Source: Pumilibacteraceae bacterium (GTDB lineage: Bacteria > Bacillota > Clostridia > Christensenellales > Pumilibacteraceae). From it: DNA of 64,000 nucleotides. The notes beneath the pieces are model-generated. The model did not search any database. It had not been told where the DNA came from and saw only the letters and a list, made by a program, of their open reading frames with translations. The number at the start of each line of letters is the position of its first letter. Position 1 is the first letter of the stretch. Made by a program: the position numbers and the translations under genes. This document shows positions 1 through 9,484 of the stretch, one piece after another. The stretch spans positions 50,106 to 114,105 of the forward strand of contig JAZOMX010000020.1 in the NCBI GenBank assembly GCA_045654245.1, read 5' to 3'.

Positions 1-774
1 GAGCGTTTCAGCAACTATACTAATTTTTCCCATTCTTGCTAAAGTGAGCAACTGTTCAACTATGCGTTGCATATTCTCCGCCTCACGAGCAATCGAATCT
101 ACACTCTCGTCAAGCACGGACGGGTCGTTTTTACCCCAACGCAACAAAAGATTAGAATAGCCTTGAATAACGGCTATCGGCGTTTTTAATTCGTGGCTTG
201 CGTCGGAAACGAACTTCTTTTGCTGTTCAAACGATTGTTCTAGTTCGTCAAGCATAGAGTTTATTCTCTCTGTTAGTTCTTTAAGTTCGTCCTGCGAATC
301 CACGGCGTCTATTCTCGTCGATAGGTCGTCGGGGCTTATGTCGTCAATCTTGCCAATCATTTTTCTAATCGGCGAGAGCATAGTCGAACTCGCTATTCCG
401 CCAAGCGCAGTAATGACTACGAGCGACAGCACGATTACGATTGCGACGGTTACTCTTAGTTCAGTAACGTACGCCTTATCGACTTCGCCCATTTCCGCCA
501 TACGGCTCTCTACTGAAGAAACAACGAATACGCCTAAAAGAGTAAGCGCTACGGCAAACATAAAAACGTAGATAATCGTCGTTTTAGCAGTAATCGGAAT
601 ATGAATTTTCCTAATCAGTTTTATAAATAATTCATATAGTTTTACAAACGGAAAGAACGCAAAATAAAGCACACGTCTCCATTTTTTTACTGCCGTGGGC
701 TTTTTTCTTTGCGCTTTAATTTCTTCTAGAGTTTTCTCTACTTCCTCTAGATTTTGTTGTTTCCTTTCGTCCAT
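1..774 (-). CDS. Sensor histidine kinase, N-terminal part (3' end runs off the window start)
   Basis: Reverse frame open from ATG at 774 to base 1; absent from ORF track because truncated. My translation shows two TM segments, a HAMP-like linker and the H-box FVSDASHELKTPIAVIQGYSNLL. Starts 5 nt after the response-regulator stop. Confidence 0.85.
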   Translation of the reverse strand, partial: MDERKQQNLEEVEKTLEEIKAQRKKPTAVKKWRRVLYFAFFPFVKLYELFIKLIRKIHIPITAKTTIIYVFMFAVALTLLGVFVVSSVESRMAEMGEVDKAYVTELRVTVAIVIVLSLVVITALGGIASSTMLSPIRKMIGKIDDISPDDLSTRIDAVDSQDELKELTERINSMLDELEQSFEQQKKFVSDASHELKTPIAVIQGYSNLLLRWGKNDPSVLDESVDSIAREAENMQRIVEQLLTLARMGKISIVAETL

Positions 775-779
775 AAAAA

Positions 780-1433
780 CTATCTTATAACATAGCCGTA
801 TCCACGCACCGTTTCAATTAACTTAACGCCGTAAATATCGTCGATTTTGGCGCGAAGATATCTAATATACACGTCCACGACGTTGGTGTTTCCTATAAAA
901 TCATACCCCCAAACGACGTCGAGAACTTGCTCGCGCGAGATTACCTTATTGCGATTTTGAGCAAGGTAAACCAAAAGGTCATATTCCTTTTTCGTAAGGT
1001 CTAGTAAATCCCCGTCGTAACTCGCCTCGTGAGCGTTTATATCTATCTTTAGTTTTCCTATTTCGTAAACGACGCTCTTTTTCTTGATGTTCGCTCTAAT
1101 GCGAGCAAGCAATTCTTCGATTGCAAACGGCTTGGTCATATAATCGTTTGCGCCGATATCAAGCCCGGCAACCTTATCCACCACTTGGTCTCGAGCGGTA
1201 AGAATTATTACGGGCGTATCCTTCGTTTGACGAAGACGGCGCAGTATTTCTATGCCGTTAAGCGACGGTAACATTACGTCGAGAACGATTAAATCGAAGT
1301 CGCAGTCTAGCGCAACCTCTAACGCCTCTCGTCCGTCTGAAACAATCGTCGTTTTATATCCCTCGTGCTCTAATTCGAGCGAAACGAAACGCGCGATTTT
1401 ATATTCGTCTTCCACTATTAGGATATGGTACAT
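780..1433 (-). CDS. OmpR/PhoB-family two-component response regulator
   Basis: 217 aa. Receiver domain (ILIVEDE, DLIVLDVMLP, TARD, KPF) plus winged-helix C-terminus (LTKKEYDLLVYL, VRGYGY). Confidence 0.9.
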   Translation of the reverse strand: MYHILIVEDEYKIARFVSLELEHEGYKTTIVSDGREALEVALDCDFDLIVLDVMLPSLNGIEILRRLRQTKDTPVIILTARDQVVDKVAGLDIGANDYMTKPFAIEELLARIRANIKKKSVVYEIGKLKIDINAHEASYDGDLLDLTKKEYDLLVYLAQNRNKVISREQVLDVVWGYDFIGNTNVVDVYIRYLRAKIDDIYGVKLIETVRGYGYVIR

Positions 1434-1444
1434 ATCGTCACCTA

Positions 1445-2368
1445 TTAACCGATTTTCTCAATATCAAACGGCGTTGCTTGATATACGCAATAGTTAAGCC
1501 AGTTGGACATCAGTAGCGATTCGTGAGCGCGCCAACGCATTACGGGCGATTTTTTGGGGTCGTTATTTTCATAGTAGTTTTTTGGCAACGCAATATCAAG
1601 TCCTTTGGCTACGTCTCTTTCGTACTCGTTCTTAAGCGATTCCGCGTCGTACTCGCCGTGACCGAAAACGAAAACTCGGCGCAAATCCTTGCTGGACGCT
1701 AAATACACTCCCGCTTCGTCGCTTTGCGCTAGCACTTTCACGTCATCTACATTGTCAAACTCAGAGCGAGGAATATCTGTATAACGAGAGTGAGGCGCAT
1801 AAAAATAGTCGTCGAAACCTCTAACGAGCGGATTTTTTCTATGGCGAACTCTATGACGGAACACACCGAAAATTTTGGTGTCGTATAGCGTTTTGTTTAC
1901 TCCGTAATAGTAATACATAGCCGCTTGCGCCGCCCAACAAATATACATAGACGAATAAACGTTATGGCTTGCCCACTCCATTATTCGCTCGAACTCTTTC
2001 CAGTAAGCGACTTCGGTAAAGTCCATTTTTTCTACCGGCGCACCAGTAACTACGAGGCCGTCGAACTTTTGTTTCTCTTCGATAATCTCGTCAAGCGTTT
2101 TATAAAACGACTTTAAGTGTTCTTCGGAAGTATGCGTAGAAACGTAGGTAGCGGTAGTTAGAAATACCACTTCTACCTGCAAGGGAGTGTTTCCGATTAG
2201 GCGAAGAAGTTGCGTTTCAGTATCAATCTTATTCGGCATAAGATTAAGCACGGCAACGCGTAAGGGTCTAATATCCTGTTTCTCCGCTCTTTCATAAGTC
2301 ATAACGAAGATATTTTCTTTCTCCAAAAACTTTCTTGCTGGTAAATCTTTTGCTATTCTTACGGGCAT
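1445..2368 (-). CDS. metA: Homoserine O-acyltransferase (MetA family)
   Basis: 307 aa. N-terminus MPVRIAKDLPA..ENIFVM....QDIRPLRVAVLNLMPNKIDTETQLLRL is the classic MetA signature. Confidence 0.9.
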   Translation of the reverse strand: MPVRIAKDLPARKFLEKENIFVMTYERAEKQDIRPLRVAVLNLMPNKIDTETQLLRLIGNTPLQVEVVFLTTATYVSTHTSEEHLKSFYKTLDEIIEEKQKFDGLVVTGAPVEKMDFTEVAYWKEFERIMEWASHNVYSSMYICWAAQAAMYYYYGVNKTLYDTKIFGVFRHRVRHRKNPLVRGFDDYFYAPHSRYTDIPRSEFDNVDDVKVLAQSDEAGVYLASSKDLRRVFVFGHGEYDAESLKNEYERDVAKGLDIALPKNYYENNDPKKSPVMRWRAHESLLMSNWLNYCVYQATPFDIEKIG

Positions 2369-2409
2369 ATTCCCCTGTCCTCCTTATAAGCCGATACTTA
2401 TCAAGTTAT

Positions 2410-2438
2410 ATTATAACTTGTTTTTACACTAGTGTCAA
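2410..2438 (-). promoter_or_regulatory. SigA-type consensus promoter for metA (TTGACA-17-TATAAT)
   Basis: Minus strand has TTGACA at 2438-2433, a 17-nt spacer and TATAAT at 2415-2410, about 40 nt upstream of the metA ATG. Confidence 0.7.
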
Positions 2439-2484
2439 CTCTCTTTGCAAAAAAAGGATGCGTTTAGCAAAATAAAAACCTCCG

Positions 2485-2517
2485 AAAACGAAAAAAGACG
2501 GGTTTTCCGTCTTTTTC
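2485..2517 (-). terminator. Rho-independent terminator after the M23 peptidase gene
   Basis: Stem gacgg/ccgtc extended by A/T pairs (2493-2516), followed on the minus strand by a T-run. Confidence 0.7.
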
Positions 2518-2524
2518 AGTTCCA

Positions 2525-3196
2525 TTACTTATTGATATCGTAGCCGATATATTGCGCTGGGTCAACTAGCGCGCCGTCCTTAGTCATCTCAAGGTGAAGG
2601 TGAATACCGTCGCTATTTTCGGTAAGCATAGTTCCAACTACGCCAAGCACGCTACCCGTTTGTACGCTGTCGCCAACGCTTACGGACGCTGACGAGAGCG
2701 ATTTGTAAACGCTAACTAGTCCGCCGGCGTGCTCTACCGTTACTACTACGCCTTCGAGTGTAGTGTTTTCAACCGCCTTAACCTTTCCGTCCGTTACCGC
2801 TAGCACCGACGAGTTTTCGCTCGCACTAAAGTCCATACCGTTATGCGTTTTCCACATATTAAGCGAGGGCATATATACGAGTGAAGTAAGCGAACACTCT
2901 CTTATTAGCGTGCCGGAAGAAATCGGCAAAGTAAAGGTTGGCGCAACGACTACGGGAGCGTCCGCACCTTGGTCGGGGTCGGGCGTAGATACCTGCTCGT
3001 CGTCAGGCGTGGGAATAGGCGTAACGACACCTTGGTCTGGCGTGGGGCTAGGCGTATCAACTACGGGCGCTTTACTTCCTCCAGATAGCGCAATCAACAT
3101 TACGGTTAGCGTGATAACGCAAGACGCCACCAAGATAAGCGCTAGGTACAACTTTTTGTTTTTGTTTGGTTTGTTTTTAGTAGAATAAGTTTTCAT
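2525..3196 (-). CDS. M23 (LytM) family metallopeptidase with N-terminal TM anchor and Pro/Asp-rich linker
   Basis: 223 aa. HNGMDF, VTDGKV, VEHAGGLVSVY and HLHLE motifs; TM helix LALILVASCVITLTVMLIAL. Confidence 0.85.
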   Translation of the reverse strand: MKTYSTKNKPNKNKKLYLALILVASCVITLTVMLIALSGGSKAPVVDTPSPTPDQGVVTPIPTPDDEQVSTPDPDQGADAPVVVAPTFTLPISSGTLIRECSLTSLVYMPSLNMWKTHNGMDFSASENSSVLAVTDGKVKAVENTTLEGVVVTVEHAGGLVSVYKSLSSASVSVGDSVQTGSVLGVVGTMLTENSDGIHLHLEMTKDGALVDPAQYIGYDINK

Positions 3197-3264
3197 TTTT
3201 TACCTCCGTCGAAAACAATTCTTGACGGCACAAAGCCGTTTTATACCACGAAAATAATCTTTTT

Positions 3265-3666
3265 TCAAAAACTTCCCTTAATCAGCGGACTACCTACTGC
3301 GACTTTACCGCCAGAGAGCGCAATCATAAGATTTACTTTAGTTCCGTTTACCGTTTCGTTACCCAAAATTAAGGGCGAATATGCGTAAATGATAACGATA
3401 TTTTCTATACGTTCCCGTTTTTTTATTACCGCGTGCGCTTTCCTTAGTAGTTCTTCCGCCTCTTCTTCTCCACCGCAAAAATCTATTCTTTCATAACGCC
3501 CTAACGCGTTAAAAGTAGGCGAAGAAAGATAAATTTGCTCGTCGCTATGAGAAAAGAAAGAATATTCTCCCGTCTTAAAAAACAGCAAGCCGTTACAAAA
3601 AAATCTCAACGCAACTAAAAGCGCAAAAAGAAAGATAACGAGTGAAAATCTAAACGCTTTAACCAC
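3265..3666 (-). CDS. Hypothetical small membrane-anchored protein
   Basis: 133 aa. GTG start with GGAG 8 nt upstream and an N-terminal TM helix. I recognise no motif with confidence (faint YwmB/DUF1779-like C-terminus). Confidence 0.55.
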   Translation of the reverse strand: MVKAFRFSLVIFLFALLVALRFFCNGLLFFKTGEYSFFSHSDEQIYLSSPTFNALGRYERIDFCGGEEEAEELLRKAHAVIKKRERIENIVIIYAYSPLILGNETVNGTKVNLMIALSGGKVAVGSPLIKGSF

Positions 3667-3684
3667 AATAATTTCTCCAAAACA

Positions 3685-3720
3685 AAAAAATAATCCGCTT
3701 TTGCAAAACGGATTATTTCC
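3685..3720 (-). terminator. Rho-independent terminator after the CDF transporter gene
   Basis: Stem ataatccg/cggattat (3690-3716), followed by a T7 run on the minus strand. Confidence 0.75.
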
Positions 3721-3749
3721 AAAAATTCAATCTTTTATACTCGTTTTAT

Positions 3750-4871
3750 TTAGATAAAGTCGTACTCGATTTTAACGCTGTAATCGCACCACTCTGGCAT
3801 AATATTTTCCCGTATTTCATAAACTACTCTCTCTTTTTCTCGCATCAGTCGTGGCGCAAGACAAAGGTGCAAACCTATAATTTTTCTTTCCTCGTCTAGT
3901 TCTAGTTCGTGGAAAGACACCTCCACTCCATACTGTTCGAGAGCGGACACTACCGTTTTTCTAAGCGATAAATATCTAGGATTAGAGGTAGGCACGGGGT
4001 CACAATGCACAACGAGGTCTATGCCGTAAACTGAAACGGCTTTGCGTTCGATTTCGTAGGCGATATTATGCACGGTAAGAAAAGGAGTATTCTCGTCGAA
4101 CTCAGCGTCGAGCGAGGCAACCTTATTCGTCTCGCCGTAGTCGTGAACTCGTAAGTCGTGAAAGCCGATAACTTCTGGGAACTCGCAAAGCAAACCCTTG
4201 ATTTCTTCCTCAACCTCGCCCGTATCCGCTCTACCTAAAAGTTTTCCTACCGTCTTTATTATAATTTTTACGCCACCTATGGCGATTATTACCGACGAAA
4301 TCACTCCGATTACGCCGTCTAACGGGAACGACATATCCTTTCCTAGAATATAGCAAACGGTAATTATTGCAGTCGTAAAAGCATCCGCTACGCTGTCGAT
4401 TGCCGACGACGAAAGCGTATCGGAACGAACCACCCTATTCCTTATTATATATAGCGCTCCCATACCGCCCTTTACCGCAACCGAAATCAATAAAACGATT
4501 ACCGTAAAAGTCGAATAGGTGTAAGGGGTTGGCGTAATAAGGCGAGAAATCGAAGAACGCAAAATTTCGATTGCGATAAATATTACTAGCAAACTTATAA
4601 TAAAACTAGCGATATACTCACTCCTACCGTGTCCGTACGGGTGTTCTTTGTCCGCTTTTTTACCAGCAAAGAGAAAGGAGAAAATCGCAACTCCGCTAAC
4701 CCCCGCGTCCGAAAAATTGTTCACGGCATCCGAAAAAACGGAAACGGAACGAGCAACAATACCCGCTACGAGTTTAGTTATTGCAAGTAAAATATTTAAT
4801 ATAAACCCTAGCGCAACCGCTCTAACGCCTATTTTAATCCTATTTATTCCCTTGTTTTCGCTTTCAGTCAA
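3750..4871 (-). CDS. Cation diffusion facilitator (CDF) family metal efflux transporter
   Basis: 373 aa. Multiple TM helices, the HPYGHGRSEY motif and a C-terminal cytoplasmic domain. Confidence 0.85.
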   Translation of the reverse strand: MTESENKGINRIKIGVRAVALGFILNILLAITKLVAGIVARSVSVFSDAVNNFSDAGVSGVAIFSFLFAGKKADKEHPYGHGRSEYIASFIISLLVIFIAIEILRSSISRLITPTPYTYSTFTVIVLLISVAVKGGMGALYIIRNRVVRSDTLSSSAIDSVADAFTTAIITVCYILGKDMSFPLDGVIGVISSVIIAIGGVKIIIKTVGKLLGRADTGEVEEEIKGLLCEFPEVIGFHDLRVHDYGETNKVASLDAEFDENTPFLTVHNIAYEIERKAVSVYGIDLVVHCDPVPTSNPRYLSLRKTVVSALEQYGVEVSFHELELDEERKIIGLHLCLAPRLMREKERVVYEIRENIMPEWCDYSVKIEYDFI

Positions 4872-4896
4872 TTTTTTCTCTCCCGTATATTGTATG

Positions 4897-4928
4897 AAAA
4901 CGGACCGCCTTACGGCAATCCGTTTTTT
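4897..4928. terminator. Imperfect hairpin between dnaB stop and CDF start (possible terminator)
   Basis: aaaacgga...tccgtttt with an inner ccg/cgg stem. The T-run is strong on the plus strand and short on the minus strand. Confidence 0.45.
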
Positions 4929-4935
4929 GTTTTTG

Positions 4936-6582
4936 CTAGATTATATCGTCTCCGTTCATATCAAAACTAACGAACGGGTCGTCTAGTCCTAGCGAAGAAT
5001 TATCGTCTTTCTCGGGAGGAGGAGCGGGCAAATCTTCAGTCATAGGAGCGTAAATTTCGTCTTTGCTAGCCATAGCGCGTTCCGCCTCTTCAGCGCCGAT
5101 AAAGTTCGTCTTAAACTGCGTATTTCTTCCCTCTTCCGCCGTTTCCGCTCTTGCGTTAAGGTCGGTAAAGGTGGTATATGCGCCGTTCCATCTTACCGAA
5201 ACGGTGTCCGTTCTACCGTTACGGTGTTTAGCAACGATAATATCACACTTCGTTCTCGTATCCTCGTCCACGGTTTGGTCGTTCATATCGTGTTCACGGT
5301 GGAGGAACATTATAATATCAGCGTCTTGCTCGATTGCTCCCGATTCACGAAGGTCGGACATTTGCGGTTTTTTATTCTCACGCTTTTCAATATCACGGCT
5401 CATCTGTGAAAGAAGAAGAATAGGCACGTTAAGTTCCTTAGCGGCGATTTTCATAGTTCTAGTAATATCCGCAACCTCTTGTTGACGGCTATCCACTCTC
5501 TTTCCGCTCGACATAAGTTGTAAGTAATCGACGAGAACGAGGTCAAGACCTTTCTCTCTTTTAAGTCTTCTGCACTTCGACAAAATCTCAATCGGAGTAG
5601 TAAGAGAACTATCGTCAACGTAAATTTGTGCCTCCGACAATCTCTTTTGCGCCTCTACTAAACGCTCGGTGTCCTTAAAAGTACGCTTTCCGTTCTTAAC
5701 AGCCTCCATACTAACTTTGGCTACCGAGCAAAGAAGACGGGTAGCAAGTTGTTCGGAGGACATTTCTAGCGAGAATACGGCGCACTTAAATGGGTCAACC
5801 TTACCAGACGGCGTTTTTCTCGACTTATCAAGCGCAGCGTGAGAAATAAAGTTCATACCAAGCGAGGTTTTTCCTTGCGCAGGACGAGCGGCGATTAGAA
5901 CTAGGTCTGAGGGGTGAAAACCGCCCAAAAGTTCGTTTAGTTTGGTAAACGGAATAGGTACGGTATTTTGCTCGTCTGGGTTCTTTTGCTTTTCGTCAAT
6001 CGTAATCATTGCACGCTTTAACGCTTCGTTCATATTCTCGAGCGTTGATTTATCTTGCTTTTCACTCAAGGCGTAAACTTCACGCTCGGCAAGAGCGAGA
6101 GCGTCCTCTTCAGCGTCGCCCGAGAAAGCGCAGTCCATAATCTTTTGTCCCGACGCAATTAATTGACGAAGCAAAGAAGTCTTCTTCACGATATCTACGT
6201 AGTGGCGGTAGTTGTCCGCGCTAGGCACGAAAGTCGTAAGCGACGATAGGTAAGTAAGACCACCCACCGATTCCATTTCGCCCATTTCTTCCACTTCTTG
6301 AACGAGCGTTACGAAATCAATCGGTTTACTTTTAGAGTAAAGTTCACTCATAGCGCGGAAAATAAACTTATGCGCAGGCGCGTAAAAGTCCGTTTCCTTA
6401 AGTTCGTTGAGGATTGCCGCTACGGGGTCCTCTCCCACTTTTCCAAAGTTGTCGGTAGTAATCGATTTTTCGTCGCTAATTAGCACACAACCAAGGACGG
6501 CTTGTTCCGCCTCGTCGTTATGAGGCAATACTCTAGCCGTAATATTAGGGTGTTGTTTGTTTTTGTTTTGCGGAGTAGGCAT
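4936..6582 (-). CDS. dnaB: Replicative DNA helicase (DnaB family) with long C-terminal extension
   Basis: 548 aa. LPHNDEAEQAVLGCVLI N-terminus, Walker A ARPAQGKTS, LVLVDYLQLM and SQMSRD motifs. About 80 extra acidic/proline-rich residues at the C-terminus. Confidence 0.92.
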   Translation of the reverse strand: MPTPQNKNKQHPNITARVLPHNDEAEQAVLGCVLISDEKSITTDNFGKVGEDPVAAILNELKETDFYAPAHKFIFRAMSELYSKSKPIDFVTLVQEVEEMGEMESVGGLTYLSSLTTFVPSADNYRHYVDIVKKTSLLRQLIASGQKIMDCAFSGDAEEDALALAEREVYALSEKQDKSTLENMNEALKRAMITIDEKQKNPDEQNTVPIPFTKLNELLGGFHPSDLVLIAARPAQGKTSLGMNFISHAALDKSRKTPSGKVDPFKCAVFSLEMSSEQLATRLLCSVAKVSMEAVKNGKRTFKDTERLVEAQKRLSEAQIYVDDSSLTTPIEILSKCRRLKREKGLDLVLVDYLQLMSSGKRVDSRQQEVADITRTMKIAAKELNVPILLLSQMSRDIEKRENKKPQMSDLRESGAIEQDADIIMFLHREHDMNDQTVDEDTRTKCDIIVAKHRNGRTDTVSVRWNGAYTTFTDLNARAETAEEGRNTQFKTNFIGAEEAERAMASKDEIYAPMTEDLPAPPPEKDDNSSLGLDDPFVSFDMNGDDII

Positions 6583-6598
6583 AATTTCCTCCTTTCTT

Positions 6599-8434
6599 CT
6601 ATTTTTCGTTCATCATCTTTTTGCGATAATCCGCTTTTGCGCGGAGTGACGCATCAAGTATTTTCTTTCTTATTCTAAGCGAAACGGGCGTTACTTCAAG
6701 CAACTCGTCGTCCGCAATAAATTCTAGACATTGTTCAAGCGAGAAAGTAACGGGCGGAACTAGTTTTAGAGCGTCGTCAGACCCCGACGCACGCATATTA
6801 CTCATTTGTTTACGCTTGCATACGTTGACGACGATATCTCCACCCTTGGGATTTTCGCCGACTACCATACCTTCGTAAACCTTTACGCCAGGTCCGATAA
6901 AGAGCGGACCTCTATCTTGTGCGTTAAACAGTCCGTAAGTAATAGACTCTCCCGTCTCGTAAGCAACTAGCGAACCGCAATTTCTTCTCTCGAAGTCGCC
7001 ACGGTATTTGTCGTACTTATCAAACACAGAAGTAAGTATTCCTTCGCCCTTAGTGTCCGTTAAAAATTCCGATTTGTAACCGAAAAGTCCACGGCTCGGC
7101 ACGGAGAACTCTAATCTCATACGACCGCCAACGGGTGTCATAGTTTTAAGTTCGCCTGCCCTACTTCCCATTTTTTCCATAACTACGCCAACGCAATTTT
7201 CGGGCACGTCGGCAACTAGAGTATCAATCGGCTCGCAAAGTACGCCGTCGATTTCCTTAAATAGTACTTTGGGCATAGATACTTGGAATTCATAACCCTC
7301 TCTACGCATATTCTCAATCAAGATTGAGAGGTGCATTTCGCCTCGTCCGCAAACGGTAAACGCCTCCGACGAATCGGTATCGCTAACTTTCAAACTTACG
7401 TCGCGAATTTGCTCTTTATATAGCCTTGCTCTTAGATGGCGAGAAGTTACGAACTTACCCTCTTTTCCAGCAAACGGCGAATCGTTTACCGAGAAAGTCA
7501 TCTCAACGCTCGGCTCGGATATTTCGGGAAAGGCAATCGGAGTGGGATTAATGGGGTCGCAAAGCGTATCTCCTATTGAAACGCCCTCAACTCCGCTTAC
7601 GCATACGATATCGCCCACCGTTGCGCTCTCGGTAGCAACTCTAGCAAGCCCCTCGAACTGATAAATATTAGTAACTTTCGCCCTAATCAACTGTTCGGGC
7701 TTATGGTAGTTTACCAAAACGACCTGCTGGTTTTGGCGCAAAGTTCCTTGCTCTATTCTACCTATTCCGATTGCGCCCACGTACTCGGAGTAGTCGAGCG
7801 CAGACACGAGCATTTGAACGGGTTGCTCGGCGTCTCCGCTAGGAGCGGGTATGTGACGAACGATTTTCTCAAACAACGGAATTAAGTTTTCGCCCTCTAC
7901 CGCCATATCCGTCGTAGCCGTTCCTTGACGAGCGGAACAGAACACGATAGGACTATCTAGTTGCTCTTCGGTAGCGTCAAGTTCCATAAGTAGTTCAAGC
8001 ACCTCGTCGCAAACCTCGGTAATTCGAGCGTCAGGACGGTCAATCTTGTTCACTACGATAATTACGGGATGACCAAGTTCAAGCGCCTTTTGAAGAACGA
8101 ATCTCGTTTGAGGCATAGTTCCCTCGTAAGCGTCAACTAAAAGAACTACTCCGTTCACCATTTTAAGTATGCGTTCTACCTCTCCGCCGAAATCTGCGTG
8201 GCCGGGAGTATCTACGATATTGATTTTGTAGTTTCCGTACTTAACGGAAGTGTTCTTCGCTAGAATAGTTATTCCACGCTCACGCTCGATATCGTTGCTG
8301 TCCATAACTCGGTCTGCAACTACTTGGTTGGAGCGGAACGCTCCGCCCTGTTTTAAGAGCGCGTCCACTAGCGTCGTCTTACCGTGGTCAACGTGCGCTA
8401 TTATTGCTACGTTTCTAATGTATTGATTAGTCAT
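6599..8434 (-). CDS. typA: Translational GTPase TypA/BipA
   Basis: 611 aa. IRNVAIIAHVDHGKTTLVD, DTPGHADFGGEVER and NKID motifs. Confidence 0.95.
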   Translation of the reverse strand: MTNQYIRNVAIIAHVDHGKTTLVDALLKQGGAFRSNQVVADRVMDSNDIERERGITILAKNTSVKYGNYKINIVDTPGHADFGGEVERILKMVNGVVLLVDAYEGTMPQTRFVLQKALELGHPVIIVVNKIDRPDARITEVCDEVLELLMELDATEEQLDSPIVFCSARQGTATTDMAVEGENLIPLFEKIVRHIPAPSGDAEQPVQMLVSALDYSEYVGAIGIGRIEQGTLRQNQQVVLVNYHKPEQLIRAKVTNIYQFEGLARVATESATVGDIVCVSGVEGVSIGDTLCDPINPTPIAFPEISEPSVEMTFSVNDSPFAGKEGKFVTSRHLRARLYKEQIRDVSLKVSDTDSSEAFTVCGRGEMHLSILIENMRREGYEFQVSMPKVLFKEIDGVLCEPIDTLVADVPENCVGVVMEKMGSRAGELKTMTPVGGRMRLEFSVPSRGLFGYKSEFLTDTKGEGILTSVFDKYDKYRGDFERRNCGSLVAYETGESITYGLFNAQDRGPLFIGPGVKVYEGMVVGENPKGGDIVVNVCKRKQMSNMRASGSDDALKLVPPVTFSLEQCLEFIADDELLEVTPVSLRIRKKILDASLRAKADYRKKMMNEK

Positions 8435-8476
8435 AAAAGTTTTCCTTGAGTATTAGTCTTCATCAGTTCCCACTAA

Positions 8477-9484
8477 CTACTTCTTGTCTTGCATCTTTTT
8501 CTTAATCTCTTCCGCTTCTTCGGGAGAGAAAAACTCGTCTATTCGACTTCGCAATCTCTCTTTCTCTTCGTTTTCAGCCTTGCCCGAAAACAAATCGTCA
8601 AGTTCTTGCCGAGCGGAAGAACCAAATCCAAACCGCTCGAAATTAGCCTCGTCGTAAACTACGGTAGGCTCGTTTCGTCTTTTTCTTTTTTCGCCAGCAA
8701 GAGTTAGCGTTCCGCTTTTCTTTCTCTTTCTAGCAACTAGCCAAACTATAACTACCGCAAGCACTCCAAGCGCTATGATTACAACGTACCAACCAAGCGG
8801 ATTTACGCCGTAGTACGAATAAGTTATCTTACTCGTTTGCTCGTCGCAATGCGCCGTCCATTTAAGGTAAGTCTTGCCGTTAACCTTAACTTTTTGACCG
8901 TCGTTCGTCTCGAGTTCGTCCGTGCGCCAGTAAAAATTAAGCGTTAAGTCCGAAATATCTTTGCCCTCAAGCAACGGAAAAGCAGTCTTAAGCGCAGGCA
9001 AAACACCGTAACCCGAGGCAATCACCTCGTAAATCGTTCCCTCGCCACGCTCTCCGCTTTCAAACTTACCAACGGCATCTGCGAGCGGATGAAACGCCGT
9101 ATAGCGGTATTCCCTAGTAAAGAAATGCGGAATTACCTCTACGGTAGTACCGTCCTCTTCGTCGTCATCATCAGGCAAATCAGTTTCGTTTATCGTGCGA
9201 GAGAGCGAATATAATTTCTTCGTTTCCGTCTCGCCGTAGCCGTAGTCGTATCCAAAGCCTTCCGCTAAAATCGAAAAGTACGAGCCAAGCGTCCATTTTT
9301 CAGTGGGCGTTTTCAAACTAGCGTTACTCTCGAGTTCGTTTACGAGGTCGTCGTCAAGAGCGATAGTATATTCGTATTTGTAATCGTCACCATTTTGCTC
9401 GTAGAAATAGTTAATTTCCGCTCCGCAACCGCAAAGCGCTAACGCACAAGCAATAATAAGCAACAGACATACTATTTTCCTCAC
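8477..9484 (-). CDS. Hypothetical lipoprotein with C-terminal TM helix and charged cytoplasmic tail
   Basis: 335 aa. Lipobox LALCGC, a TM helix WYVVIIALGVLAVVIVWLVA and a K/E-rich tail. Overlaps the pepF stop by 4 nt. Confidence 0.7.
   Translation of the reverse strand: MRKIVCLLLIIACALALCGCGAEINYFYEQNGDDYKYEYTIALDDDLVNELESNASLKTPTEKWTLGSYFSILAEGFGYDYGYGETETKKLYSLSRTINETDLPDDDDEEDGTTVEVIPHFFTREYRYTAFHPLADAVGKFESGERGEGTIYEVIASGYGVLPALKTAFPLLEGKDISDLTLNFYWRTDELETNDGQKVKVNGKTYLKWTAHCDEQTSKITYSYYGVNPLGWYVVIIALGVLAVVIVWLVARKRKKSGTLTLAGEKRKRRNEPTVVYDEANFERFGFGSSARQELDDLFSGKAENEEKERLRSRIDEFFSPEEAEEIKKKMQDKK

Noticed and set aside
338-571. 77-aa plus-strand ORF at the window start
   Set aside because: It is antisense to the clearly recognisable histidine-kinase frame (HAMP/H-box). 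It is a hydrophobic, low-complexity shadow ORF.
2369-2524. S-box/T-box riboswitch upstream of metA
   Set aside because: After subtracting the upstream gene's terminator and the promoter, only about 35-40 nt of leader remain. That is too short for either RNA.
4936-6582. Intein in the oversized DnaB helicase
   Set aside because: The extra length is a C-terminal tail plus small insertions. There is no Cys/Ser-initiated block of 130 aa or more and no HN-terminated splicing motif within the P-loop region.
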